From: Rhodospirillales bacterium
GTDB taxonomy: Bacteria; Pseudomonadota; Alphaproteobacteria; UBA8366; JADFVY01
NCBI GenBank assembly: GCA_020356105.1
Contig: CP070634.1
Span: 2,555,452 to 2,619,451 of the forward strand
DNA length: 64,000 bases
Reading direction: 5' to 3'
The position numbers and the translations under genes were made by a program. The notes beneath the pieces were generated by a model that was not told the origin of the DNA, did not search any database, and worked only from the letters and a program-made list of their open reading frames with translations. Shown here piece by piece: positions 45,571 through 55,458 of the stretch (position 1 is its first letter; each line of letters starts with the position of its first letter).

Positions 45571-46913
45571 GCCGCCTTCTCCGCGTCGTCCGCGTGTCGC
45601 GCATCGACCCATCCGGTGATCCGCTCTGCGAAAATGGACGCCAACGTTTCATCGCGCAGTTCTGAAACCGCCTCGGACAGAAAGGCCGAGACCAAAATGT
45701 CGCGGGCCGTCGCCTCGTCGATACCGCGGGCGCGCAGATAGAACAGCTCCATCTCGCTCAATTCGCCGACCGTCGCACCGTGGCTGCATTTCACGTCGTC
45801 CGCGTAAATCTCGAGCTCCGGCTTGGTGTCCATCTCGGCGTTGCGCGACAACAGAAGCGTCTTGTTCAGCTGGTTACCGTCAGTCTGCTGGGCATCGCGG
45901 TGAACGACAATGCGCCCCTGGAATACCCCGTGTGCGCGGTCTGCCAGCACGCCCTTGAAGACCTCGCTGGATCTGCTGCCGGGCGCCCGGTGCTCGATCA
46001 CCGTCGTGTTGTCGATATGCTGCTGTCCGGTCCCGAGATAGGCGCCGTTGAGGCGGCACTCCGCGCCGCTCCCGTCGATTGCCGCATGGACCTCGTGGCG
46101 CGCCAGTTCGGCCCCCCGATGCAGCACAAAACTGTCGTAACTTGCGTCCTCGCCGATGCTCGCGCGGACCAGCGCAACGTGGAACGCTGCCGCGCTCTCA
46201 TCCTGAAATTTCGCGTGGGTCAGCATCGCACCCCGACCGATCCTGACGTCCGTCAAACCGTTCGAGAAGTACGAACCCTGCGCGGCGCCGATATGGGACT
46301 CCACAAATGTTGCATGACTGCCGGCCGCTGCGACGATCAGATTTCGCGGATGGAAGGCGATCGCCTTACCGGGGACGGGCACGCCGACCGCTACCAGATG
46401 GATCGGCACATCCACCTTGGCGCCCGCCTCAATCTGCAGTATCAGGCCATCTTCCAGGAACGCGTCGTTCAACGCTGCCAGCGCGCCGGCGCTTGCGTTG
46501 GGCGCCGGGGCAATCAGGCTCTCCGCCCGCGACGGCGCACGGCGCAGCAAATCGCCCAGCCCCTCGGCTGAGACGCCGTCCGGCAGGCGATCGAGATCGG
46601 AGAGGTCGGGCCGCAGCCGGCCATTGACCAGCACGATGCTACACGCGTCGTCGAGAGCAAGCGCCGCACCGTCCGGCAGCGCGGCCAACTTGACATCAAC
46701 CTCCGCCGCCGCGAAACCGGCCCTGGCCAAAGCGTTCAGATTGGTATAGCGCCATGCCTCGACCTTTCGCGATGGCAGGCCATGCGCACGGAAGGTGGAA
46801 ATGCCCTGGGCGCGCAGCGCATCGAGCCACGCCACGTCCGATCCCGGCAGGCGCGGGGCCGCCTCGTCGAAGGCCGCGGCAAGCGGGAAGTCGGTCATCG
46901 TCTCTTTTGCCAT
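45567..46913 (-). CDS. sufD: Fe-S cluster assembly protein SufD
   Basis: ORF 45567..46973 trimmed to ATG 46913. EAWRYTNL, then a C-terminal beta-helix region ending KPELEIYADDVKCSHGATVGEL..LFYLRARGI. Confidence 0.9.
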   Translation of the reverse strand: MAKETMTDFPLAAAFDEAAPRLPGSDVAWLDALRAQGISTFRAHGLPSRKVEAWRYTNLNALARAGFAAAEVDVKLAALPDGAALALDDACSIVLVNGRLRPDLSDLDRLPDGVSAEGLGDLLRRAPSRAESLIAPAPNASAGALAALNDAFLEDGLILQIEAGAKVDVPIHLVAVGVPVPGKAIAFHPRNLIVAAAGSHATFVESHIGAAQGSYFSNGLTDVRIGRGAMLTHAKFQDESAAAFHVALVRASIGEDASYDSFVLHRGAELARHEVHAAIDGSGAECRLNGAYLGTGQQHIDNTTVIEHRAPGSRSSEVFKGVLADRAHGVFQGRIVVHRDAQQTDGNQLNKTLLLSRNAEMDTKPELEIYADDVKCSHGATVGELSEMELFYLRARGIDEATARDILVSAFLSEAVSELRDETLASIFAERITGWVDARHADDAEKAA

Positions 46914-46926
46914 CAAACCTGCGTCC

Positions 46927-47685
46927 TCAGGCTGCCGCCGCGCCGCCGAATTGCGCGTATCCCTTGGCCTCAAGGTCGAGCGCCAGCTCCTTGCCGCCGG
47001 ACTTGATGATCCGCCCGTCGGCCAGCACGTGCACGCGATCCGGCACGATATGGTCGAGCAGCCGCTGATAATGCGTGATCACCAGCGTCGCATTGTCCGG
47101 CCGGCGCATCGCGTTCACACCGTCCGCGACGATCTTCAGCGCGTCGATGTCGAGGCCGGAATCGGTCTCGTCAAGAACCGCAAGCTTTGGCTCCAGCACC
47201 GCCATTTGCAGCACCTCGTTTCGCTTCTTCTCGCCGCCCGAAAAACCTACATTGACGGCGCGCTTCAGCATGTCGTCGCCAATCCCAAGGGGCTTCGCCT
47301 TCTCGCGCACGAATTTGAGGAACTGCATGGCATCCAGCTCGCCCTCGCCGCGCCCCTTGCGCTGCGCGTTCAGCGCGGTCTTCAGAAAGGTCGTGTTGGT
47401 TACGCCTGGAATCTCGACCGGATACTGGAACGCCAGAAACAGGCCGGCGCATGCCCGCTCGTCCGGTTCCAGCTCGAGCAGGTCCTCACCGTCGAAGAGG
47501 ATCCGACCGTCTGTCACCTCATAGCCCTCGCGGCCCGCGATGACGTAGGACAGCGTGCTCTTACCGGCACCGTTCGGGCCCATGATGGCGTGCACCTCGC
47601 CCTTGCCGATCGAAAGGTCAATCCCTTTGAGGATCGGCTTGCCGTCGACTGTTGCGTGTAGGTTGCGGATTTCCAGCAATGCCAT
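46927..47685 (-). CDS. sufC: Fe-S cluster assembly ATPase SufC
   Basis: 252 aa. Walker [10 protein letters not shown], signature FSGGEKKR, Walker [13 protein letters not shown]. Confidence 0.95.
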   Translation of the reverse strand: MALLEIRNLHATVDGKPILKGIDLSIGKGEVHAIMGPNGAGKSTLSYVIAGREGYEVTDGRILFDGEDLLELEPDERACAGLFLAFQYPVEIPGVTNTTFLKTALNAQRKGRGEGELDAMQFLKFVREKAKPLGIGDDMLKRAVNVGFSGGEKKRNEVLQMAVLEPKLAVLDETDSGLDIDALKIVADGVNAMRRPDNATLVITHYQRLLDHIVPDRVHVLADGRIIKSGGKELALDLEAKGYAQFGGAAAA

Positions 47686-47722
47686 TGTCTTCCCTGACTC
47701 CGTATCGTTGTGGCAGCCGGCG

Positions 47723-49177
<1,455 letters not shown>

Positions 49178-49213
49178 TCTGGCTCTCCCGGTGATTTCCT
49201 GCAGGTGATTGGT

Positions 49214-49672
49214 TCACGTTTCGGCGGTCTTCCGCCGCGGCTCAATCGGCAGGTCGATGAAATTCGGCGGCGCCGCGATTTCGGCCAGCGACATAGAGGC
49301 AAGTGTTCGCGTGACCGCCGCGTTAACGCGGTCCCAGCAGCCGCGGATAAGGCACAGGCTCTCGACCGTGCATGCCGCGCCGGAGGCGCCGTCGACGCAG
49401 GCCGTGACCGCTACCGGCCCTTCCAGCGCCGCGATGATGTCGGCGACGCTGATCTGCTCGGCCTGCCGCGACAGCGCGTAGCCGCCATGTATGCCGCGCT
49501 GCGAGGTGACCAACCCGCCTCTCAACATGCGCTTCAGGATCTTTGCGACAGTCGGCGCCGGCAAGCCGGCCGCGCTGGCAATATCCGGAGCCGTAACAAC
49601 CGCGTCGGACGCCTGCGCGAGCTGGGCCATCACCACGACCCCGTAGTCTGTCATCTTACTGATTTTAAACAA
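49214..49672 (-). CDS. Rrf2-family transcriptional regulator (SUF-associated)
   Basis: 152 aa from TTG 49672 (MFKISKMTDYGVVVMAQLA...); ATG 49654 is an alternative start. The wHTH is APTVAKILKRMLRGGLVTSQRGIHGGYAL. A Cys cluster (ACVDGASGAACTVESLCLIRGCW) suggests an Fe-S sensor. Confidence 0.85.
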   Translation of the reverse strand: MFKISKMTDYGVVVMAQLAQASDAVVTAPDIASAAGLPAPTVAKILKRMLRGGLVTSQRGIHGGYALSRQAEQISVADIIAALEGPVAVTACVDGASGAACTVESLCLIRGCWDRVNAAVTRTLASMSLAEIAAPPNFIDLPIEPRRKTAET

Positions 49673-49680
49673 TATTCTAA

Positions 49681-49703
49681 AACCGACCTGTTTTGGTACG
49701 GTT
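49681..49703. promoter_or_regulatory. imperfect inverted repeat AACCGACC-TGTTTT-GGTACGGTT in the AT-rich region just upstream of the SUF-associated rrf2 gene (candidate operator)
   Basis: Read directly from the sequence. The arms are identical apart from one inserted T. It lies 9-31 nt upstream of the TTG start. Confidence 0.3.
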
Positions 49704-49803
49704 AATACATATACGATTTGGTCCTGATTTCAAGCGAAAAAACAGATGTGCTCTGGTCCGGATTATCGTAGCCACTCGTTGTCCGGCCAGTCGGCTGTCT
49801 CGA

Positions 49804-50919
49804 TCAGGCGGCCGAGACCCCTGTCCGCGCCGCGAAATCGCTGTAGGCGACCACGAAACGCTCGATCTCCGATGCATCGTTGCCGGCACCAAGGCTGATT
49901 CGGATTGCACAGCCGGCGATATCATCCTGCAGGCCCATGGCTTGCAACACGTGGCTGGCTCTAACCTTTCCCGAGGAACAGGCGGCCCCCGCACTGACTG
50001 CAAACCCCGCCAGGTCCATGGCCATGACCTGGGTTTCTGCCGCAACCCCGGGCAATGCGATACACGATGTATTGGCCAGGCGCGGCACATTGGCGCCGAC
50101 GACCCGTGCACCGGATATGCGCTGCAACACCTCGCTTTCCATCCGGTCCCGCAGCGCTGCGAGATTCTCCACCGTTTCAAGCGTTGTGGCCGCCGCTTCC
50201 GCGGCTGCCGCGAACCCGGCGATGCCGGGCAGGTTCTCGGTGCCGGAACGCCGCCCACGTTCCTGGCCGCCGCCGCGGATTGCCGGCGACAGCGCTACGT
50301 CCTCGGCGACGATCAAGGCGCCCACCCCGGTCGGGCCGCCCATCTTATGCGCCGACAGAGTCAGCAGATCCGCCCGTAATCCGGCGAAATCCAGCGGTAC
50401 CCTTCCAACACCCTGCACGCAGTCGCAATGGAACAGGGCGCCGACCTGGTGCGCCAGCTCGGCGGCTCTCGAGACCGGCTGGATAACGCCGGTCTCATTG
50501 TTCGCCAGCATGACGGATACGATCGCATCGCGTCCATCTCCGAGAATGGCCTGGAGGGCATCGAGGTCGACCTGGCCACTGTCATGGACCGGAATCGTCT
50601 CGACTTCGGCGGCAGCATCAAGCACCGAGGGATGCTCGATCGCGGAGGCCAGGATCCGCCTCCTGCCCGCACCGCAAAGGGCCAGGTTGTTGGCTTCCGT
50701 ACCACCGCTGGTGAAAACGACCGAATCGGGCGATACGGCGACGAGAGCAGCAACGCGTCGTCGCGCATCTTCGACGATGCGCCGGGCTGCCCGTCCGCAG
50801 GAATGCACCGACGACGGATTGCCGAGCTGGGCGAACGCTCGCGCCATCGCCCGCGCCGCCTGAGGGCGCAGCGGTGTCGTCGCGTTATGATCCAGGTAGC
50901 AGAAGCTCGCGCCGGTCAA
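49804..50919 (-). CDS. cysteine desulfurase, NifS/IscS-like (class V aminotransferase)
   Basis: 371 aa. YLDHNATTPLRPQA, FTSGGTEANNLAL and LSAHKMGGPTGVGAL (PLP Lys), with GAACSSG as the active-site Cys loop. Confidence 0.9.
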   Translation of the reverse strand: MTGASFCYLDHNATTPLRPQAARAMARAFAQLGNPSSVHSCGRAARRIVEDARRRVAALVAVSPDSVVFTSGGTEANNLALCGAGRRRILASAIEHPSVLDAAAEVETIPVHDSGQVDLDALQAILGDGRDAIVSVMLANNETGVIQPVSRAAELAHQVGALFHCDCVQGVGRVPLDFAGLRADLLTLSAHKMGGPTGVGALIVAEDVALSPAIRGGGQERGRRSGTENLPGIAGFAAAAEAAATTLETVENLAALRDRMESEVLQRISGARVVGANVPRLANTSCIALPGVAAETQVMAMDLAGFAVSAGAACSSGKVRASHVLQAMGLQDDIAGCAIRISLGAGNDASEIERFVVAYSDFAARTGVSAA

Positions 50920-50943
50920 ATGCTGATCAGGCCCTGTCGCCCT

Positions 50944-51438
50944 TTATTCTGCCGCGCCGGCTAACGCAGAGACCGTTGCGGCCGCGGAGGCTGCGTCGCC
51001 CCCCATGAGCCGGCCGCTTGCCCCAAGAACCCTGCGGTTGACGATGTCGGCCAGTGTCACCGAACTCAAGAAGAGATGGATCTGGTTGCTCAGTTCAGCC
51101 CAGAGGTCATGCGTGGCGCAGCGCATTTTCGTGCTCGTACAGCCATGCGGCGAATTGGGGTCGCAACGGGTCGCCCGGATCGGCTCGTCGACCGCAAGGA
51201 TAATATCCGATACCCGCGTGCCATCCGCCCCGCGAGCCAGAAGGTAACCGCCGCCGGGTCCGCGCACGCTCTTGACCAGCGCATTGCGCTTCAGTCGCGC
51301 AAACAGCTGCTCAAGATAGGACAGCGAGATCTCCTGGCGTTCGGCGATCGCAGCCAGAGCGACCGGTCTGCCGTCACTGTGCATTGCAAGATCGACCATT
51401 GCCATGACGGCGTATCGTCCCTTGGTGCTTAACCGCAT
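50944..51438 (-). CDS. Rrf2-family regulator, IscR-like
   Basis: ORF 50944..51474 trimmed to ATG 51438. MRLSTKGRYAVMAMVDLAMH...ISLSYLEQLFARLKRNALVKSVRGPGGGYLL. Cys ligand candidates are RCDPNSPHGCTSTKMRC. Confidence 0.88.
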   Translation of the reverse strand: MRLSTKGRYAVMAMVDLAMHSDGRPVALAAIAERQEISLSYLEQLFARLKRNALVKSVRGPGGGYLLARGADGTRVSDIILAVDEPIRATRCDPNSPHGCTSTKMRCATHDLWAELSNQIHLFLSSVTLADIVNRRVLGASGRLMGGDAASAAATVSALAGAAE

Positions 51439-51492
51439 AGGTATTCTCCCCAATCTCTCACAAGACGGCAGCACGCCGCCCGCTGTTACCCG

Positions 51493-52272
51493 TCAATTCT
51501 TTGTATCCGCCGCTTCCACGGTCTTCGTCGGGCCAGGCACGGCAACCGGCCCCATTCGCTGTTCGACCTCGGCAAGTTCACGCTCCAACTCCTCGATCCG
51601 CGCCTGGAGTTGGGCCACTTCGCCAATCTGGCCGCGGAGATCGCCGATCTGCTTGCGCAAACCTTCGATCAGTTGTGCATCAGGATCGGGCAGATCTCCC
51701 ATCGGCGTGCCGTACGGCTCGAATCTTTCCTCGACCTCGACCTTTGAGACCTGCTTTGCCGGAATACCGACCACCGTGACGCAGCATTCGACATTCTTGG
51801 TTACCACCGCATTCGCCCCAACGTGCGCGCCATGACCGATTGTAATGGGACCAAGGACCTGCGCGCCGGACCCGATGATGACGTTGTCGCCCAGCGTTGG
51901 GTGCCGTTTCTGATCTCGCTGTCTGTCGGAATCGACGGACGGCGCGACACCGCCCAGCGTGACGCCGTGATAGAGAGTGACGTTGTCGCCGATAACCGAT
52001 GTTTCACCGACCACCACGCCCATGCCGTGATCGACGAAAAAGCTTCGTCCGATTCGCGCGCCGGGATGTATCTCAATACCGGTCATGAAACGTGCAACCT
52101 GGGAAATCCACCGCGCCAGGACGCGCCAACCGCGGTTCCACAAAGGATGCGCGATCCGATGAAAGACTATGGCATGGAAACCGGGATAGCAGAGCACAAC
52201 CTCGAGCCGCGATCGCGCGGCCGGATCGCGCTGCATCATCCCGTCGATTTCATCTTTCAAATACTTGAACAT
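51493..52272 (-). CDS. cysE: serine O-acetyltransferase with a C-terminal coiled-coil extension of about 75 aa
   Basis: ORF 51493..52674 trimmed to ATG 52272 ([21 protein letters not shown]...); ATG 52284 is an alternative. The hexapeptide-repeat core is [11 protein letters not shown]...[22 protein letters not shown]...[14 protein letters not shown]. The tail is [41 protein letters not shown]. Confidence 0.88.
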   Translation of the reverse strand: MFKYLKDEIDGMMQRDPAARSRLEVVLCYPGFHAIVFHRIAHPLWNRGWRVLARWISQVARFMTGIEIHPGARIGRSFFVDHGMGVVVGETSVIGDNVTLYHGVTLGGVAPSVDSDRQRDQKRHPTLGDNVIIGSGAQVLGPITIGHGAHVGANAVVTKNVECCVTVVGIPAKQVSKVEVEERFEPYGTPMGDLPDPDAQLIEGLRKQIGDLRGQIGEVAQLQARIEELERELAEVEQRMGPVAVPGPTKTVEAADTKN

Positions 52273-52396
52273 TTCGCGGCCCATCCATTTATTATGCAGC
52301 GCCTGTCTGCCTCGCAAAGACGGGCCAACGGTGCTGCTGGCCAAGCGAGATGGCAGATGGCCAGAATAACCATTTTCATATAGGGATATACATTCT

Positions 52397-52478
52397 CTGA
52401 TAAAAATGGTCAAGATATCAAGGAAAAGAGGGGCCGATTTCCGGGATAAGATCGCAAAAGCCTTACTATTTTTATCAG
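52397..52478. repeat. perfect 11-bp inverted repeat CTGATAAAAAT (52397-52407) / ATTTTTATCAG (52468-52478), 60-bp spacer, in the AT-rich divergent promoter region
   Basis: Read directly from the sequence. It lies between the cysE start (52272) and the hydrolase start (52513). Confidence 0.8.
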
Positions 52479-52512
52479 GTTTAACGACCGCAACACATCT
52501 CGACGCGACACG

Positions 52513-53175
52513 GTGGGGACAATGCCAGAACTGATTTTCAATGGTCCTGAAGGACGGCTGGAGGGACGGTACCATCCCGGCCGGGCGCCAAACAGCCCAA
52601 TCGCCTTGATGCTCCATCCCAGCCCGCAACACGGCGGCACCATGAACAACAAGGTGGTCTACACGCTGTACCACGTGTTCGCGAAGCGCGGGTTCGCCTG
52701 CCTGCGGTTCAATTTTCGCGGGGTCGGACGATCGCAGGGCACGTTCACCAAAGGCGAAGGTGAACTGTCGGACGCGGCCTCAGCCCTCGATTGGCTGCAA
52801 TCGTACAACCAGAACAGCCGCGAGTGCTGGATTGCCGGCTTTTCTTTTGGCGCTTGGATTGGAATGCAGTTGCTGATGCGGCGACCCGAAATCACGGGTT
52901 TCATCTCCGTGGCGCCGCCGGCGAATCTCTATGATTTCAGCTTTCTTGCGCCCTGCCCGTCCTCGGGCCTGGTGGTCACGGGGGATCGGGATGAGATCGT
53001 GCCCGGCGAGTCCGTCAAGAAGTTGGTCGACAAACTCAATCATCAGCGCGGTATCACCGTCGAACACCGCATCATCCCGGATGCCAATCATTTCTTCACC
53101 GGACGGTTGGACGAGCTTGATGCGAGCGTTGCCGAGTATCTTGACTCCGTTTCAGCGGGTGCGGAGGCGCGCTAA
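52513..53175 (+). CDS. alpha/beta hydrolase (small, single-domain)
   Basis: 220 aa. [29 protein letters not shown], the nucleophile elbow AGFSFGAW and a C-terminal DANHFF. Confidence 0.8.
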   Translation: MGTMPELIFNGPEGRLEGRYHPGRAPNSPIALMLHPSPQHGGTMNNKVVYTLYHVFAKRGFACLRFNFRGVGRSQGTFTKGEGELSDAASALDWLQSYNQNSRECWIAGFSFGAWIGMQLLMRRPEITGFISVAPPANLYDFSFLAPCPSSGLVVTGDRDEIVPGESVKKLVDKLNHQRGITVEHRIIPDANHFFTGRLDELDASVAEYLDSVSAGAEAR

Positions 53176-53190
53176 CCGCTCTCTCAAGGG

Positions 53191-53217
53191 ACGGTGCGAA
53201 GCAGCGCGCACCGTTTT
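53191..53217 (+). terminator. candidate rho-independent terminator after the hydrolase gene
   Basis: ACGGTGCG (53191-53198) pairs with CGCACCGT (53207-53214) across an 8-nt loop, followed by TTT. Confidence 0.5.
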
Positions 53218-53258
53218 GACGATCCTACCGATCATGCCCTGTCGCGGGCTGGCGGGGG

Positions 53259-53918
53259 CTACTCGAACAGCTTGTCGATGTCTTCCTGGGCGATCGCGTC
53301 TTCTTCCATCTGCGGGCCCTGCAGCAATTTCTCCTCGCTATCGCGGACCTCCGCGGGATGCTCGGTGATAGCGAGCGTATCAGCGCCCCAGATTTCGATC
53401 ATTGCGGCGAGCCGCTCCTCGACGAATTGCAGCGTATTGACGACCTTCTTGATCCGCTGGCCGGTGATATCCTGGAAATTGCAGGCCTCGTAGAGATCGG
53501 TCGTCGTTTCGGCAATCTCGTCCGCCGTCGCGACGATCGTCGAATCGCCCGTGTGCGACTTGAGATCATGCAGTAACTCGTCGACCCGCTCGGCAATGTC
53601 GATGATCGTGAACGTCGCGCTCTCGGTGGCACGCACGACGGCCTGCAGTTCGCGTGCGGCCGTTGCCAGCCTGTCGTCTTTCGTATTCTGCGTGATCAGC
53701 GTGGCAATTTCCTTCTTGGTCCGCTCGACCTGGTCCAGAAGCGTACCCGGCGTCGCACCTTCCAGTTCAATATTGCCGACGGCCAATTTCTCGAGCCGAT
53801 TTTCCAGCGACTTGATTTCGTGGAGGATCTGCTCGTTGCTGACCCGCAGGTCACGCCGCTGTTGAATTTCCGCGGTAAACGGTTTCCGGTAAACCGGCCG
53901 TACTCTCGAAGCTGTCAT
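53259..53918 (-). CDS. cheZ: CheZ-like protein phosphatase
   Basis: 219 aa, a long helical protein containing ACNFQDITGQRIKKV. This matches the CheZ catalytic D..Q motif (E. coli QDFQDLTGQ). The acidic C-terminus is EEDAIAQEDIDKLFE. Confidence 0.7.
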   Translation of the reverse strand: MTASRVRPVYRKPFTAEIQQRRDLRVSNEQILHEIKSLENRLEKLAVGNIELEGATPGTLLDQVERTKKEIATLITQNTKDDRLATAARELQAVVRATESATFTIIDIAERVDELLHDLKSHTGDSTIVATADEIAETTTDLYEACNFQDITGQRIKKVVNTLQFVEERLAAMIEIWGADTLAITEHPAEVRDSEEKLLQGPQMEEDAIAQEDIDKLFE

Positions 53919-54187
53919 TTCCTGCCGCCTGCTGTGCCGTCTTGCAACCTTTGCGCCTTCACGCGAGATTATCGGGAAATTACTTGAAAATCGTTAATGA
54001 CGAATAGGTTAACGCGGCCATACAGCCGATATCTCGGGCTGTGCCGGCTCGTCCCGCGGTCGTTACCGCCGCAGCGCTGCGCGTGGTCGATGCGCACACT
54101 ATCCCGCGTTCGTTGTCGGAAGCGGGGGATTGTGATAAACGGGGCGCCCGCCGACAAACGAACCATCACCTGGACCGAACGAAGAGA

Positions 54188-55441
54188 ATGACCAGTTCGC
54201 GCTCGGATTTCCTCAAGGCTGCGATGGAACGCGGTTTCGTCCACCAATGCACCGATCACTCGGCCCTCGATCGGCTGGCATGCGGTGGACCGCTTGCGGC
54301 ATATATCGGCTTCGACGCCACAGCCGACTCGTTGCATGCCGGAAGCCTGGTGCCGATCATGCTGCTGCGGTTGCTGCAACGAACCGGTCATAAACCCATT
54401 GTTCTGATGGGCGGTGGCACGACGAAAGTGGGTGATCCTTCGGGTAAGGACTCACAACGTCAGTTGCTGAGCGACGCGCAGATCGAAGATAACATTCGTG
54501 GTATCCGCCGAATTTTCGAGAACTTTCTGGTTTTCGGCGAGGGGCCGACCGATGCGATCATGGTCAACAACAGCGATTGGCTGGATGATCTGCAGTACAT
54601 TCCTTTCCTGCGCGAATATGGCCGACATTTCTCGGTGAATCGGATGCTCGGTTTCGAGTCGGTCAAGCTGCGACTTGACCGGGAGCAACCGCTCAGTTTT
54701 CTGGAATTCAACTACATGGTGTTGCAGGCATACGATTTCCTAGAGCTTTCGCGGCGGCACGACTGCATCCTGCAGATGGGCGGCTCTGACCAATGGGGCA
54801 ACATCGTGGCGGGTATCGAGCTGACGCACAAATGCGACCAGCGGCAGCTATACGGGTTGACGACCCCGCTGCTGGCCACCTCTTCCGGCGCCAAAATGGG
54901 CAAGACGGCAACTGGTGCGGTTTGGCTGAACGAAGAGCGACTCAGCCCTTACGACTACTGGCAATACTGGCGCAACACCGAGGACGCCGACGTCGGACGT
55001 TTTATGAGGCTGTTCACCGACATTCCGCTTGCCGAAATTGCCCGGCTCGAGTCTCTACGGGGCGCCGAAATCAACGAAGCAAAGAAGATCCTGGCAAACG
55101 AGGCCACGACGCTGTGTCACGGACCAAAAGCGGCGGCGAAGGCGGCGAAAACGGCGCAGAAGACATTCGAGCAGGGGGTCATTGCCGATGATCTGCCGAC
55201 AATCTCAATCGACCGCACCGAGTTGAAGACCGGGCTGCCGGCCTTCGAAGCAATGCGGCGCGCGGGTCTGGCAGCCAGCAATGGAGAGGCCCGCCGCCTC
55301 ATCAAGGGGGGCGGCGCGCGGGTCAACGATGCGGCGGTTGCCGACGAGTTCGCCCAAATCAGCTTGGCCGACATCAACGCGGACGGCGTCATCAAGCTGT
55401 CGGCCGGCAAAAAACGACACGCCCTGGTCCGACCAACCTAG
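54188..55441 (+). CDS. tyrS: tyrosine--tRNA ligase
   Basis: ORF 54041..55441 (GTG) trimmed to ATG 54188. [23 protein letters not shown]...[16 protein letters not shown] is the HIGH region, GAKMGKTA the KMSKS region, and there is a C-terminal S4-like domain. Confidence 0.93.
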   Translation: MTSSRSDFLKAAMERGFVHQCTDHSALDRLACGGPLAAYIGFDATADSLHAGSLVPIMLLRLLQRTGHKPIVLMGGGTTKVGDPSGKDSQRQLLSDAQIEDNIRGIRRIFENFLVFGEGPTDAIMVNNSDWLDDLQYIPFLREYGRHFSVNRMLGFESVKLRLDREQPLSFLEFNYMVLQAYDFLELSRRHDCILQMGGSDQWGNIVAGIELTHKCDQRQLYGLTTPLLATSSGAKMGKTATGAVWLNEERLSPYDYWQYWRNTEDADVGRFMRLFTDIPLAEIARLESLRGAEINEAKKILANEATTLCHGPKAAAKAAKTAQKTFEQGVIADDLPTISIDRTELKTGLPAFEAMRRAGLAASNGEARRLIKGGGARVNDAAVADEFAQISLADINADGVIKLSAGKKRHALVRPT

Positions 55442-55458
55442 CCTGCTGCCCCGGCCGA

